Source: Tubulanus polymorphus (lineage: Eukaryota; Animalia; Nemertea). From it: a stretch of DNA of 64,000 nucleotides. The notes beneath the pieces are model-generated. The model saw nothing but the letters and a program-made list of their open reading frames with translations. It did no database searches and was not told where the DNA came from. This document shows, in pieces, positions 12,901 through 25,647 of the stretch. Both the position numbers and the translations under genes were made by a program. The stretch is taken from positions 27,686,150 through 27,750,149 of the forward strand of contig NC_134026.1 in the NCBI RefSeq assembly GCF_964204645.1. Direction: 5' to 3'. The first letter of the stretch is position 1; every line of letters begins with the position of its first letter.

Positions 12901-15775
12901 AATAAAAGTTGCAGATGTTCTCATGAACTATGTATACCCATTATTGAAACATATGTTGAGTGGAGGCCATTGGTTTTCAGTTCAAACTCTATATCATATT
13001 ACCTTGTATGGAACTAAGAATGTACAACTTCGGTTAAACGTGAAATACATATGTAACAACTAGTAGAAACATATAAATTCAATAATACATTCACCTCAAA
13101 ACTCAGCATCACAAATCTGAGAATCAATAAACAATTCGAATATACTTAACCGTATTTTCCCGTGTATACAAACAAAACATAACTTTAAATGACAATCTGA
13201 AAATGTAGATGAAATAAAAAGCCTGCCTATCGGTGAGAAGTTTCATCAACTTGTCTCAACTTACCAGTATATACAAAAACGCATTTTGGCGCCAGCATTG
13301 TCAAACTGAAATTCATAACGTAGCCCAATCGCGAAGTTATCTTCAAAGTTGAACATCACCAAGTTCCCTATTCAAACTTTTCACCAAGTCCGATATTCTT
13401 TGCACGAACTCTCTTCGATCAATACAAACTACTTGCGACGAGTCCATCCGGCATCATTTAGCGGGTAAAGCAGATACCCATGTGTGCACATTGATGAAAT
13501 TATCTTTTATCTGATTATTTATTGCAAAATCCGTAATCCTTTAATTTTCGCGATGGCTTAAATTCACAATTCGCCCGACGTAGGGAACGTAATGTTGGAT
13601 CGCATATGCCGAACGCGAGATAGAAAACACCTAATGACGATATTCGCTCCTGTCATCCCTCGAATATGATGCAACTACTTTCCAAACTTACAATGATATA
13701 AAGACGGCAGACCGACTGAGTCTGTTAAAGAGGTAGTTATACAACAACAAAAACTAGCCGTTAAATCGTCTATGACAATAAAAGCGCTCCGCAATCTACT
13801 AAGCACACTTTGTTGTTATACATGAACATTTTTTTACAAAAAAACTTCTCCGTGAGTGAGAGCTCAGTTAGGAATATGAAATGATGGCACAGATGGCACG
13901 CTTAAAGCTTTCTTGTAAATAGAAGTTTGAGTCGCACTTCTATACCCGAACACTGGCGCAGGTGACAGCGCTTGTTTGTATTATCCCCTGAATCATATAG
14001 AAAACCAATAATGAAAATACTTTAATCACAAAATAAACTGCGATCGCGTCAGTCGCCAACTTACAAATCACTAATTCATCAAAATCCCAACTCATCAATC
14101 ATTCCACGCATAATCAAAATATATGGGAAAATTCTACTTATGAAAAGTATCACCGTATTTTCAACTTCTACATAATGAGAATCTTACATCTGACATCTCG
14201 AATCGGGTAAAAAATAAGATAAAATACCTGCCATCAAACATTCTCTACGACATCAATTAGACATTACTGAGTACTTTTGTCTAATTGTGCGAAACTATTC
14301 ATACGACGACTAATGCTGATGAATTAACATCATTATCAAATTAATTTCATAGCAATGAAATTTCTAGAAATTCATTTAATTCCATATCTGTCCAAGAATT
14401 AGCCACGCTTTAATCCAATATCAATCTTGAAAATGTGTGCTTCGTTCGATTCTATTACGTAGGGTTGATTAGGTTCCAGAGAAAAATATCTATAACTTCT
14501 AAAATGCTTCTTCCTGGTTTCAATCTTAACAGTTCATCTCTTTTAACTATAAAACGCATACAAATTACATGACAAGCACTCAACAATGCCAACATGTAAC
14601 AGCTTGCTGTTAAATTAGAGGATACTGATGGCTTAGATATTCAAGACACAGAGGAAAATAACATCAAAAAAGAAAACTAGTGCCATGAAAATTAATTGTA
14701 CAAATACATCGTGAATCCAGCTGCGTAGTTTTTAAAAATATGATCTTTCAATAAAATAATGCGCTTTTTTACAGGATTTTGAATTTTTTCATAAAATTAC
14801 TCAATAATTTCTACAATATTTTCACATCATTTCATATTAGATTAACACAATCCAAATGCTAAGATAAGTTTTGATGGTGAAAAGAAATAATCTTATCAAT
14901 TCTTTAGTTTCCTTTGAAAAACATCGCATTCAATAACAAACTCCAAGCAGTTCATAAGAGAAATGTATGTAATTAGACCCATCCATGAAATTAGACCCAT
15001 CAATAATGCAATATTCCATAGACTGTAAGCTGAAGACTTCAGTTGATATTAGCCTCATTCATTATGAACATTCAGGAAACGATAAGATATCTGAATTTTT
15101 ATTCATTTGCGATGGGAATGGTGAAAATCTTCCAAGATGAATTGCTATGTACGCATTGCCAAAATTTATTACTAACAGAAATAAGCAACTAGTCAATAAA
15201 ACTGCTGCCTAACTAATGAACCAAGGTCCAAAGGGACTTCTCTACTTCAGTTAGGACTGCCATCTGAAGGGTGAAATTATCAATGGAAAGCAGTGTGCTT
15301 CAAAAACATCAAACTAGCAAAAGACACATCGTGGCTGGACAACAGAGCTGACACCTGTCTGTAACTCGAAAACGTGCACGTGCGACGACAGCGACGTCTG
15401 GTGATAAAATCATAAACTACTCAATGAAATTAGCATCCAGACAAAATAACAATAATGGACGCATTATAGTTCAAACATTGAGAACAAAATCATTGATTGT
15501 GATAAATGTAATAGATTATCAGACTGGCCACTGTTCCCCACTATGTGCAGGAACTAAAATAAGCAGGGTTTTTGAAAACTTGAGTTACAATTGAAAGTTT
15601 CACCAAACTATGGACCCTAAATAGTGCGCTCACGGCTAAACAAAACATCAAATACATGATAGCTCACCTTTTTACGTTTACTAGGAGGGGGATGTAAAAT
15701 GGCACCGCTTCGAGTTCGTTTGGCAGTTAATAGTAAACCAGCTGATCGCCGGGTTAAACGTGACTTACTACTCAT
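940..15775 (-). CDS. MYT1: Myt1/Myt1L/ST18-family CCHHC zinc-finger neural transcription factor; 5' part only, gene continues past the window start
   Basis: Spliced exons 15775-15668 ([10 protein letters not shown]...KRKK), 9029-8900, 7726-7652, [candidate 5206-5185], 4724 (or 4740)-2115, 2034-1994, 1547-1514, 1161-1099, 1007-940, all GT-AG. Joined translation gives [34 protein letters not shown]...[29 protein letters not shown], the tandem CCHHC finger pair of vertebrate MYT1/MYT1L/ST18. The upstream exons are less certain than the finger exons. Confidence 0.93.
8637..8650. promoter_or_regulatory. RFX X-box in Myt1 intron
   Basis: GTTTCCATGGCAAC matches the X-box consensus GTHNYYATRRNAAC. 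Confidence 0.6.
11043..11077. repeat. (GA)n microsatellite
   Basis: agagagagagagagagagaaagagagacagagagac; a shorter GA tract lies at about 9730-9743. Confidence 0.9.
11296..11336. repeat. 21-bp tandem duplication
   Basis: AATTCCCAACATCATTTCTA(G) present twice head to tail. Confidence 0.85.
11642..11655. promoter_or_regulatory. RFX X-box in Myt1 intron
   Basis: GTTACCATGGCAAC, near-perfect palindromic X-box. Confidence 0.6.
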
Positions 15776-15938
15776 ACCTGCCTGCAATATATAACAAAAA
15801 CAATTCATCAACAAATATCACAACAACAAAATGTGTTGAGGGTTTAAAACCTGGAATCAATAGAGAGTTCGGAGCTTAATGTGGTTATTGCTGGAGGAAT
15901 TCGAGACCCATCACTTTGTAGCCAGGACAGATGCGTCA

Positions 15939-16204
15939 CAGGCCTGAATCCAGGGAGGGTTGCTTCGGGTGCTCGAGCACCACACCCCTTAGCAAATTCC
16001 CCTCATATTATTCCAGAGTAGTGATGGGGCAGATGGGTACATTTGTCAAGAGATGATCACAAGTAGTGCCCAAAAACACTTGGAATGCATGAAAATCAGC
16101 CTAATTCTTCAAAATCTTCTGGGAGAGGATTCCCAAACCCGATACACGTGAAAAGCTGAATGACCAGCAGAGCACCCTTTTAGAAAGTCCTGGATCCGCC
16201 TCTG
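15939..16204. mobile_element. Degenerate non-autonomous DNA transposon (MITE), CAGGGGCGGATCCAGG-type termini
   Basis: Left end CAGGCCTGAATCCAGGG versus right end TCCTGGATCCGCCTCTG (reverse complement CAGAGGCGGATCCAGGA); GC-rich island in an AT-rich intron. Confidence 0.6.
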
Positions 16205-19039
16205 CCTCAGGTCCTCGTACAAATCCTTGTGGAACCGCTTGTCATGACATTAGGCTCATATTAGATTATGATTAGATATACTAATAAGGGATTTCTGAGT
16301 TATGTACAATGGCAATTGTACAAATGGCAAGAGAGAATAGTTTGAAAATCGCTGCAACAACCTAAGAAGTATTTTATAGACTTATGTAAGGAGTATTTCT
16401 TCCAGAAACAAACTAATCAACCAATTACATTTTAAAATCTAATACGCACATAGACTATCAAGTACCGTTTAATACAACTACATCACACAATCTACAATAA
16501 TTTATTGGATAAATTCATTGATTCATCACAGCTGCAAGTGAAAACTTTCCATAATATCCGACACTTTACTGACATGAAAACAAATATTGCGTAATGAGGC
16601 AAAGGCAATTTGAAACTTTTTCCAATATATACATTCTCTACCTACCTGCCCTGTAACTTCAGATTAATAATCACTATTATACATTGCTCTCACTCTTATC
16701 CGAAGTAAGAATTCTGTAAATCTAAAATCAATACAGTCTCCGAGAACAGCATCAAAGCATGTATTTCATTCGCGCATATATGCATGTCTATGAGTTGGCA
16801 GATTACGCACAACTTGGAAGACGACGATAGACTTCGATAAACCGCAAACTAAAAACCATCAGTAGCATCATCAAAAGTTACCGAACACCTATCAGTCGGT
16901 CAGTCGCCGAGTACATAATTCCTTAGATGCAGCCAAATCTAGAAACAGAGTATACAATGTTCCATTATGAACAGCATCGCACAAGGCTTACTTATTCCTA
17001 ACATGGCTCCACAGAAACTTCATCAGTTGTGATCATCATCACAGCTGCGCCTGCAGGTTTCTATGACGATAGCAGACTTTCAGCCAACAGACGAATAGAT
17101 AATTTGTAGAGAAGCCGTTTAACTGACTGAGTTTCAAATACTTCTTCACATTTACGGTTGACTTTCATAGCTTTATGCAACATCAGTCAAGTATTGAATT
17201 TTGAGCTCGGGAGATGACTGACTTCAACGCACGAAGGTTCCAGCATCGCATAAAAGTATGGTAACCAATGGAAACGAGATTGTAGAAATTGCTGAAGCCC
17301 TGTTGCGTTTCCGCGTGATATGTATCATTATATGTGATGATCTAATGACATAAAAAAATCTTATTCTATTTGCGAAAACTTTTGTCGCTATTTCAATAAA
17401 ACATCATATTTACATCATCAGTTCAATCAGTCGGCAACATTTACTGGTTTATCACAGTTACTTTCCATTTATATACAATATCTATCAAAGGACCCGTCCT
17501 TGTTTGAAGTACCTATGCTGTTTGTGTATTAAACTGCTAATTAAAAGTAGATGGTGAAAGCAGTTATGAAGATATTCGGATAACATTGGATATACGGATG
17601 ACCTTGGTTACAAACGATATCATGAACAGCGCGCGTAGTGACGTCAAGCAGAGCGTCCGAAACTTAAATGTTCTAAAAATCTATCTAAACTTTTAAAAAC
17701 ATATACACGGCCAGTATCTTTCATTTGGTACCATTAACTTATCAATGCATAATGCACAGACAGCGCCAACCTGTAACAAAGTTTCACCATTAGCCTCTTA
17801 TAGTATAGATATCCAAAGTTGCTGTTTGTAGGATGAAATCTTAAAAATAGTAATAATATAATGTCAATGGACCAGACATCATTACTTCAAAAGCCTACCT
17901 TTACACCTAATCAGAATTTTCAAAATTGCACTTTATTGTTACATTCAGTTCAAGAAAGGACATAGCTCTTCACACGCAGTACACAACAGGAAGGCATCAA
18001 ATAACTTTTAAAAGCCAAAGCCCAGAATTGATGACACTCTGTTCCTGAATGCTTAACCATTTAGACTTACCACATTTTGTCAATTTCAATGATAGCTGAA
18101 TAACTTCAATTTGTAGAAGGAGCTTACCACTGAGAAACTAGTAGGTAGTGGAAGTGGGCTCTATTTTCATTCTGAACTCATATTTTGATGTGTTTGCTTC
18201 TAAGAATATCATCAGGGTGCAACTGCATTGGATTTTCACAAATGAATTCTATACTCTTTTCAACGAATATCAAACAAATCAATTCCGTATTTCTCTGGCA
18301 AAAAAGTTCAGGAATGGTCAGCAACTCTGAAGCCTTTCTCATTTCTTAACAACGCAGCTCAAAATATACTAATATGCCTTAGGGTTCATCAATCTATTGG
18401 GTGTTTTCTTCCAAACGAAAATGAACTCTTCGGTACCGTAGTATCTATTGTTTTTAAGAATTGACTCACTTAAGATACAGCTCACCTAGGCCCTGCACAT
18501 TTATCATCATCTGTAGCCTAGGCCTATACTAACAGTAAGGGAAAACTTAAAAATGATAACATATTTTGAGATGCATTCTTTTGTAAATTGTGATGACAAC
18601 CATAATAATGCTTCACTCTCAGTCTAAAAGTTTGATATCCGAATGGGCCTATCAGTCAGTGTCTAAGTGAATGTAGTATGGTATGGGATACTGAATCTGA
18701 TCGATGACATTGATTATTGACATAGCCATAGGCCTATAGGCCTACTACTACAATCTAACAATTGTGTGGTGATGTTTAAATGCAGTAAAAACGATCAAAT
18801 TCAACATTTAGATGAGTATTCGCAAAGCTGAAGATGTGCTTATTAGATATTAATGTTAACCATTAGCAATCAGATACGGTGACAGTGAAGCAAGTCATTG
18901 ATAAGCGAGATACATCATCAGCAACATGGATGAAAATCAATAAAAACGAGTGCCATCCGCATTTGACAGCGGCTTATTTGGTCATTTCTTGACGCAACGT
19001 GACCATTTTTACATCGTTCAGAGCATCGTGAAATTGACT

Positions 19040-19460
19040 TACCGACTTATCAAGTCGCTTGTACCTTCGGAGTCTGCAAAGCGACTTAAATAAGGTCTAA
19101 ATACTTGCAGATAAACTTAGTGGGACAAAGGAGTGACAACTTTTTCTATCCCACAATACAGCTGGAAAAGTTTGTGCGCATGCTCAAAACAATTAACTTC
19201 TGCTAATTGACACCTGTCAACAGCGCGTTAATTGGTCGTTAATTGCAGATCTAAAACCCGGTCGTGGACTTGCGGAGCCATTGAGAACCATGTATTAAAT
19301 TACCAACACCCGAAATACAAACAATCGTGTCAAGTGCTGAGTAAAATGGCTTATTTTCATAATCAAAAACTTTTAATCGATGCGCATATTTTACCCGTAG
19401 ATGGCAGCATCTGCTAGCTAGCGGATAGCGCTAGCACTTGTATTACGCATCCCCAAGATC
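19040..19460 (-). promoter_or_regulatory. Probable Myt1 promoter and first non-coding exon
   Basis: Donor CG|GTAAGT at about 19042 on minus; CpG-richer block with TGCGCATGC (NRF1-like), three TAATTG homeodomain cores, TGACACCTGTCA, and CTCF-like CCCGTAGATGGCAGCA at 19394-19409. Confidence 0.5.
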
Positions 19461-22400
19461 CGCCGGCGCGTATCAATGACTGCTGAACATGAGAAATCAT
19501 CCGGCCATGAGAAAAAAAGCTAACAAAATACAATATTTCAAACATCAAATTACTTTATTCCATTTCATAATGTTTAAAGATAATTGTACATCAAAAGCAA
19601 TGTACATTAATTCCAATGAATGGTGTTCAAAGTTAGGACACAATCCGGTGAGGACAATCCGACAATTCGCACTGCTTGTTAAGCTCTACAAATAAGTGTG
19701 TCGAAAATTTAGCTTTACTGATCATGTCTAAAGTTGCCTGTTAATCGGGATGTTGTAATGACTAAACCAATATGAAAATGGCTTCAAAGTGCAATGAGAG
19801 AACCACCATATTAAAAAATTGAGCAGTGTTTAACTTACTTCAATTCATAAACACCTGAAAAATCACAATTTTTAAGACAATACGAGATCATTTACATTCA
19901 TAGAATTGAACATGATTTCTACCTGCAATTACAAGGCTTCATTTAATACAATAATTTCACAAGCATTTTCTTTCAAGAGTAGGCCTACAGAAATTTATGA
20001 CTTCGATTAATGTTTCAGAATCTCCCCAATGACATAATCGTAAGAATTCACCAAACTTTTTATTTTTTTTCAAAAGGTGCAGTAATACGAATCATAAAGC
20101 ATAGCAAATTGAAAAATGAATGTTTGATAATAATACTTGTAAGATGTACAAAAAATCTCAACCACCTGAAAAAAAACTGCTAAGTAAAACATCAATCATT
20201 ACAATAAAACAACCGTTGAAATTAGAAAAACAACTGACAGAATTACATAATGCTGCCTATATTGGTGAATCGTGGTCCCCAATGAAGTAACAAATCATTT
20301 TTTTGTATTGACACAAGAAACTCAACATTCAATATTAATCAAACGCACCAATCACGAGTTATTTTGAATACAGAAGGCCAAAAATCAACAACCCATCAGC
20401 CAAAGAGAAAAAGGTTTTGGAATGTCTTTGTAAGTAAACCACACAATAACAACAGCACAAGAGATAATAATCAAACAGTAAAAATGACACTGGAATGTCA
20501 AGAAATGCTTATGTCCAATTCAAGAATGCAAATGAGGCACCATTTTGGAATTGAGGGTCATCAAAATGATAGAACTAGAATGAGAAAATACAACATTTAC
20601 TGGCACAATTAATTATAAAGATAGCAAATTGATAAACCCTGAGTATGTATTAATTTTGTAAAAATAACTATAATCATCTAACATAAACTGACTAAACAAC
20701 ACAATCATTAGATTCTTTTTATAAAATCAAGTTTAAAGATGACCAAAAAACCACCATAATTCCAGGAAGGTAGCACGTTATGTATTCAGATAACAATGAC
20801 ATTATTTTGTAGCAGATCTATTAGTTGGGTGTGTAGCCATTTGCGCAACTACCAATATTTGTTTTATTTGCTCCCAGCAGTAATTTATAAACATGTAAGG
20901 CTTCAGAGAGAAAATACAGTCTATCAATAACACCATCAACTAGCATCCATACATAATGTGTGTATAAATCTAGCTTTTTTAGAACCATGTATATGAACAA
21001 ATCAAATCTTATTTTTGGTGTTTGTTTAGATTTTTAGATTACTTTGAAACGCATTATTTTTCGAAGTTTGATAAATATAGAACTTTTACCTGTTACCAGA
21101 AAATATATATACATGTGACAAGAGTGAAGATGTCATCTTAAATTGAGTTGTGATTTTTAAAATTATCAATTTTACGAAAATACTTTTTGTTGATTATTGC
21201 AGTCATACTGATAAGTTATTTTTCATTTGATGCATGCATTCACATGATCGCATACATTCATGAGATAATATTTCATGATTATGGTTTTGTCAATGTTGAA
21301 GGTATCGGTTTCAAAAAAACTTGAAACTGAAACTCAACAGTGAATTTCAATGATTATTTCAATATAATATTCTTTATATTCTAATAGCCTGTGGCATATC
21401 AGGTAAGTTAACTAATTCAACTGTACTCTAAATCACGCTATGTAGATGAGTGGAGTTTTTCTACATAGCTTTTCTAAATCACTTATCATTATCAACTATT
21501 TGCTGGACCAGGAACTATGGCAACACTCGGTGCCAAGTATGCTTGCATGATTGCTTTTATAGAGAAATCTGGCAAATGAACAATAAAGGTTCAAAAATTG
21601 AACACTAATTTGAACCACACTGTTTTGGCTGTTTCTCGCCAGCAATCATTAATTCTGCCTGTTCCACCTGATAATGGCCGTCAGACTTTTCAATTTTTGA
21701 ATTAATTTAATCTTCATTCTATTTTTCACGAATGATTGGTCTCAGTAACTCATTGCTTTCATATTATGGTTTTTGTATGCATTTCATAAAACTTCAGTAG
21801 AAGTAAAACAAATATCAAAAGGAGAATAACACCTTTATGATTAACTTTCTAAAATACATGAAATTATCAACCTAACCATTGAGATTAAAATACAAAACTT
21901 ATGTCACCTACACATATAATTTGGACAATAATATTAATACATATTGATAAAATAGTGTTAGTACGTACTTGCTTGTGCTTCATTAAGAAATGAATACAGC
22001 TAGGTAAGTTTAAAGCAGCTCTTGAATCAGTTCCAAAAATTGGAAGTTAGGATTTGACTTTCAAGTCAACAAATTGAAAATGCTTAATCATATACCATAT
22101 TCACATCAAACAACCTCCGTAAAACTAGAGCTCTGAATTTTGAATGATTTTTTTCCATAAATACATGTACAACAATAAACATGAGAACAATGGATGGAGG
22201 ACACTGAATTGAAGCTAACAACAATAATATGAGCACATAGTATTTATCATGTAGAATTCATATATACATCTAGAGGGCAAGTAGTAACATCTCTCCAATG
22301 GTTCTAATATGATATACACAGTTTTACTACAAAAAGAACTGCCGGTATCCCCTAAAGAACTGCTGATTATGCTAAAATTGATTTGATTTACACGAGCATA

Positions 22401-25400
22401 GCTTGTACTAGAATCATGTCATTTTGGGACTCGGGCAAGATAGGATAACACAAAAAATCCCTATGTATGTTTGATAACACCGATAATCACAAATTTTGTC
22501 ACTAATAATCCACACCAGTTTCACCGCTAAAAATCCACAAAATTTCCACCATTTTTTAATGCAGCCAGACTCGTTTACTGATACGGATACTTGTCTGTTG
22601 ATCCAGTTCAAAGAACATTATTAATCCCTCCTGATTATAGTCTCAGTATTCCGGTTGATTTATGTAAACTGGTCTAACATGGTCCAACGTGATCAGAAAT
22701 CCAGTGGGACCAAGTCGGGGAATTTGAGCCAGCCATTCAGTAGAATGTGGTCAGTACAGCTGGAAAGCTATTGACAAACTGAAGTGCAGTCATAGTGACT
22801 GAAACACTACTGTCAGATTGTAAATAAAGGACCAATATGAAGAATAGCCTAAGCATGACACTGGGTAGTCAAGTAGCCTAGAGGCCTACTAGTTACCCCA
22901 TGCATCATCGCACAAATTGAAAATGATATATTTTCAAAAATTTCCCATTGTTCTACAAATATGGTCACAAGGTCGATGATTTTAGTACCTGACTATGAGA
23001 AATTCCCATCCTAAGTACCAATGTTAGTATAAATATATCAAATATATCTTAGATATATCAAATCAATTAAACATTATTATGTATTCATCTTGGGGATACT
23101 TTCTACCTTGTATATAGCCCGTAGAGTCTAGCTATAAAAATAAGCAACACCTGGTTCAAGAGTTCATAACAGTTTCATTGTAGATTGAGAATTAGCTAAC
23201 CCTAATACCATCTAGCTTGACAAAATATATTACTGATTTTCCAGCAGAGTTTGCAATAATTCTACAAATCTTATTGAATTAGAATTGATATAGAAAATGT
23301 TTGATTTTTACCGTGCATTCATTCATTTAAAAGATATTTCAGATTTATAAGAGTTAAAATATGTAATCGTAACTTTAAGCATATCATAGTAATGATCATA
23401 TTTAGATATGGCATCAATGAAAGTGATAATCAACTCCGTATAGTACATCATAAATAATGGGTAATACTTGAATATCAAGCACCACAAAATACCATTATAG
23501 TGAGCACAATTCATTCATTTAAAAAAATTTGACAAAAAATATAGATTCAATTTTCAGAGTCTATTGTCCTGATCACTGACTACATAAATCCCCTTGAGCC
23601 TGAGAGTCAATGGCAGCCAACGATAATGTGCATTAAGCAGCCTGTAATGGCTGAAAAATCAATGAAAATGAAATTATCCAGAAACAAATGAGTGTTCGCA
23701 AGTTATCGTATACAAATATACATGGGTACATCTCTGTAGAATACAGTAGGCCAGAAAGTCAAATGATCCACCAGAATAGACTGCAGAAATCTATTATATC
23801 CAGATCTTAATTTTTCTTTATTTTGCACGTGAATTTGAAGATACTTGAAAGCATTTCATGTAGGTAATAGAATTACTTCTATTTCAGTCAAGTATGGTTG
23901 GACTATACGTATAATACTGAATTTCAAAAACAAAATGCATCAATAAAATGGCCACATATTTCCCTGTGAGAGAAATTTTCGTTTTTTTTGGTGTAGATAT
24001 TCAAGTATTACTTATCTAGTTTTAAAGCTTTCTTTATAACAACAAAGAATTACAAACGTTCTGCAAAGAACATATGAGAAACAACACATTGGAATATGTA
24101 TCTAGGTGGATCGTTTTAATAAAATACGTTATTTGCTTAAAATCAAGTGTTATAACCACAATCTTGTAAATAATTTGTTATCAGTAAATAATTTGTTATC
24201 AACCAATCATGGAATGGTGATTTCAATCCAAGCAGCTTCAATGATTAAGGCTTAAAGCCGAGTTGAAATAAATTAAGATATATTTACAAAATCATTTCAT
24301 GATTTCTTTTGACAGATTTTGATTGCAGATCATTAATTGAAATGGCAGTGATATAGTTGTTCCTATTTTTCAAATAAAAACTAATATGTCTACTGACAAC
24401 ACAAGACCCTGAGCGCAATGTAGAGATAAGAAACCAATATGATGACTACAATTTTGGTACCAGTTTTTATGGCTTCAACACAATCTGTAATCCTTAATGG
24501 GATGGACAAAATCTTCACAGCCCTAACTGAGATTACACATGTGGCGTGATGAGGTATTCTGTGAGGACACAGAGTCTCTGAGATAAGAATAGGACACATA
24601 GTATTACCGATACAAATTACTAGAAACATTGAGATCAAACATTTAGTTTTATACAACAGCAGCTTGTATTGAAAGCCAGAGATTGTTCTAAACATTGTTG
24701 AAAAAAAACCGAAATGAAAGGATGTTAGATTATGTTTCGATTTCAAATGTCATGTCTTTTGAGAAAAATACTTTCTTTCCTAGAAAAAAAAGCTATTATG
24801 GCTGGTAAAGTTTTGATAGCATCGGAGTCTCGAACAATCTAGGCACAATGAGGCAATGCTCATTTGCATATCAATAGTACAATTAGACATATATCAATAA
24901 AATGTTTACACATGTACCATGTAATATGTATATAACTTGACACTTCTTTGTAATACACATGTATATTAAACGGACACATTTTTTACTGGAAAATGCTCAA
25001 AACAAATCAGAAAATCCCGATTTGAATCTGGAAAAATCTGCTTTACACATCACAGACAGTTATACAACAATATTCTCAGTAGTATATAATATATGTATGT
25101 CCCAACATTCATAATGAAAACTGAACAATATCAAGATTTCTTGACTAGATCTTCATTTAAATCATGTAGTCCATAGTCTGCTCAATTAAAATATAAACGA
25201 CTACGAAAACCCTTTTAGTTCATTTAAAAGTTGATCCTAATCACTTATAAAATTTGTTCAAACAATCTATCAAAAATTGTAGAAAGTTTTCATTTCAAAT
25301 CTATCTTACTATCTTTAAAAACACTTCGAGTAGCCTCACTCAATTACTGGCTTCATCCAATTAAAAAACAACGGCATTTATTGGCTATTATTTACATCAA

Positions 25401-25647
25401 ATATGAGAATTTTCCTCCATGAATAAACAATCACATTCAAGTTTCAATGAAGCTGTACAAACTATCAAATTTCCATGCTTACAATAGGCTTGCAACGAGT
25501 ATTCTATCTTGCTGAAGGCAAAAGAGATTTGAAAAATATGGTCTGTTTTTGTCATAAGGAAAAAATTTGAAATTACACCTTCGACAATATACATAAATGT
25601 AGCGACAATACAGGATATGATCAGACACATGATATCGACAAATATTC

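Noticed and set aside
17745-17768. REST/RE1 site (ACAGCGCC half-site)
   Set aside because: Only the right half matches; the TCAGCACC half is absent.
24390-24746. 118-aa hydrophobic ORF on minus
   Set aside because: Non-ATG start, composition typical of U-rich UTR sequence, no motif.
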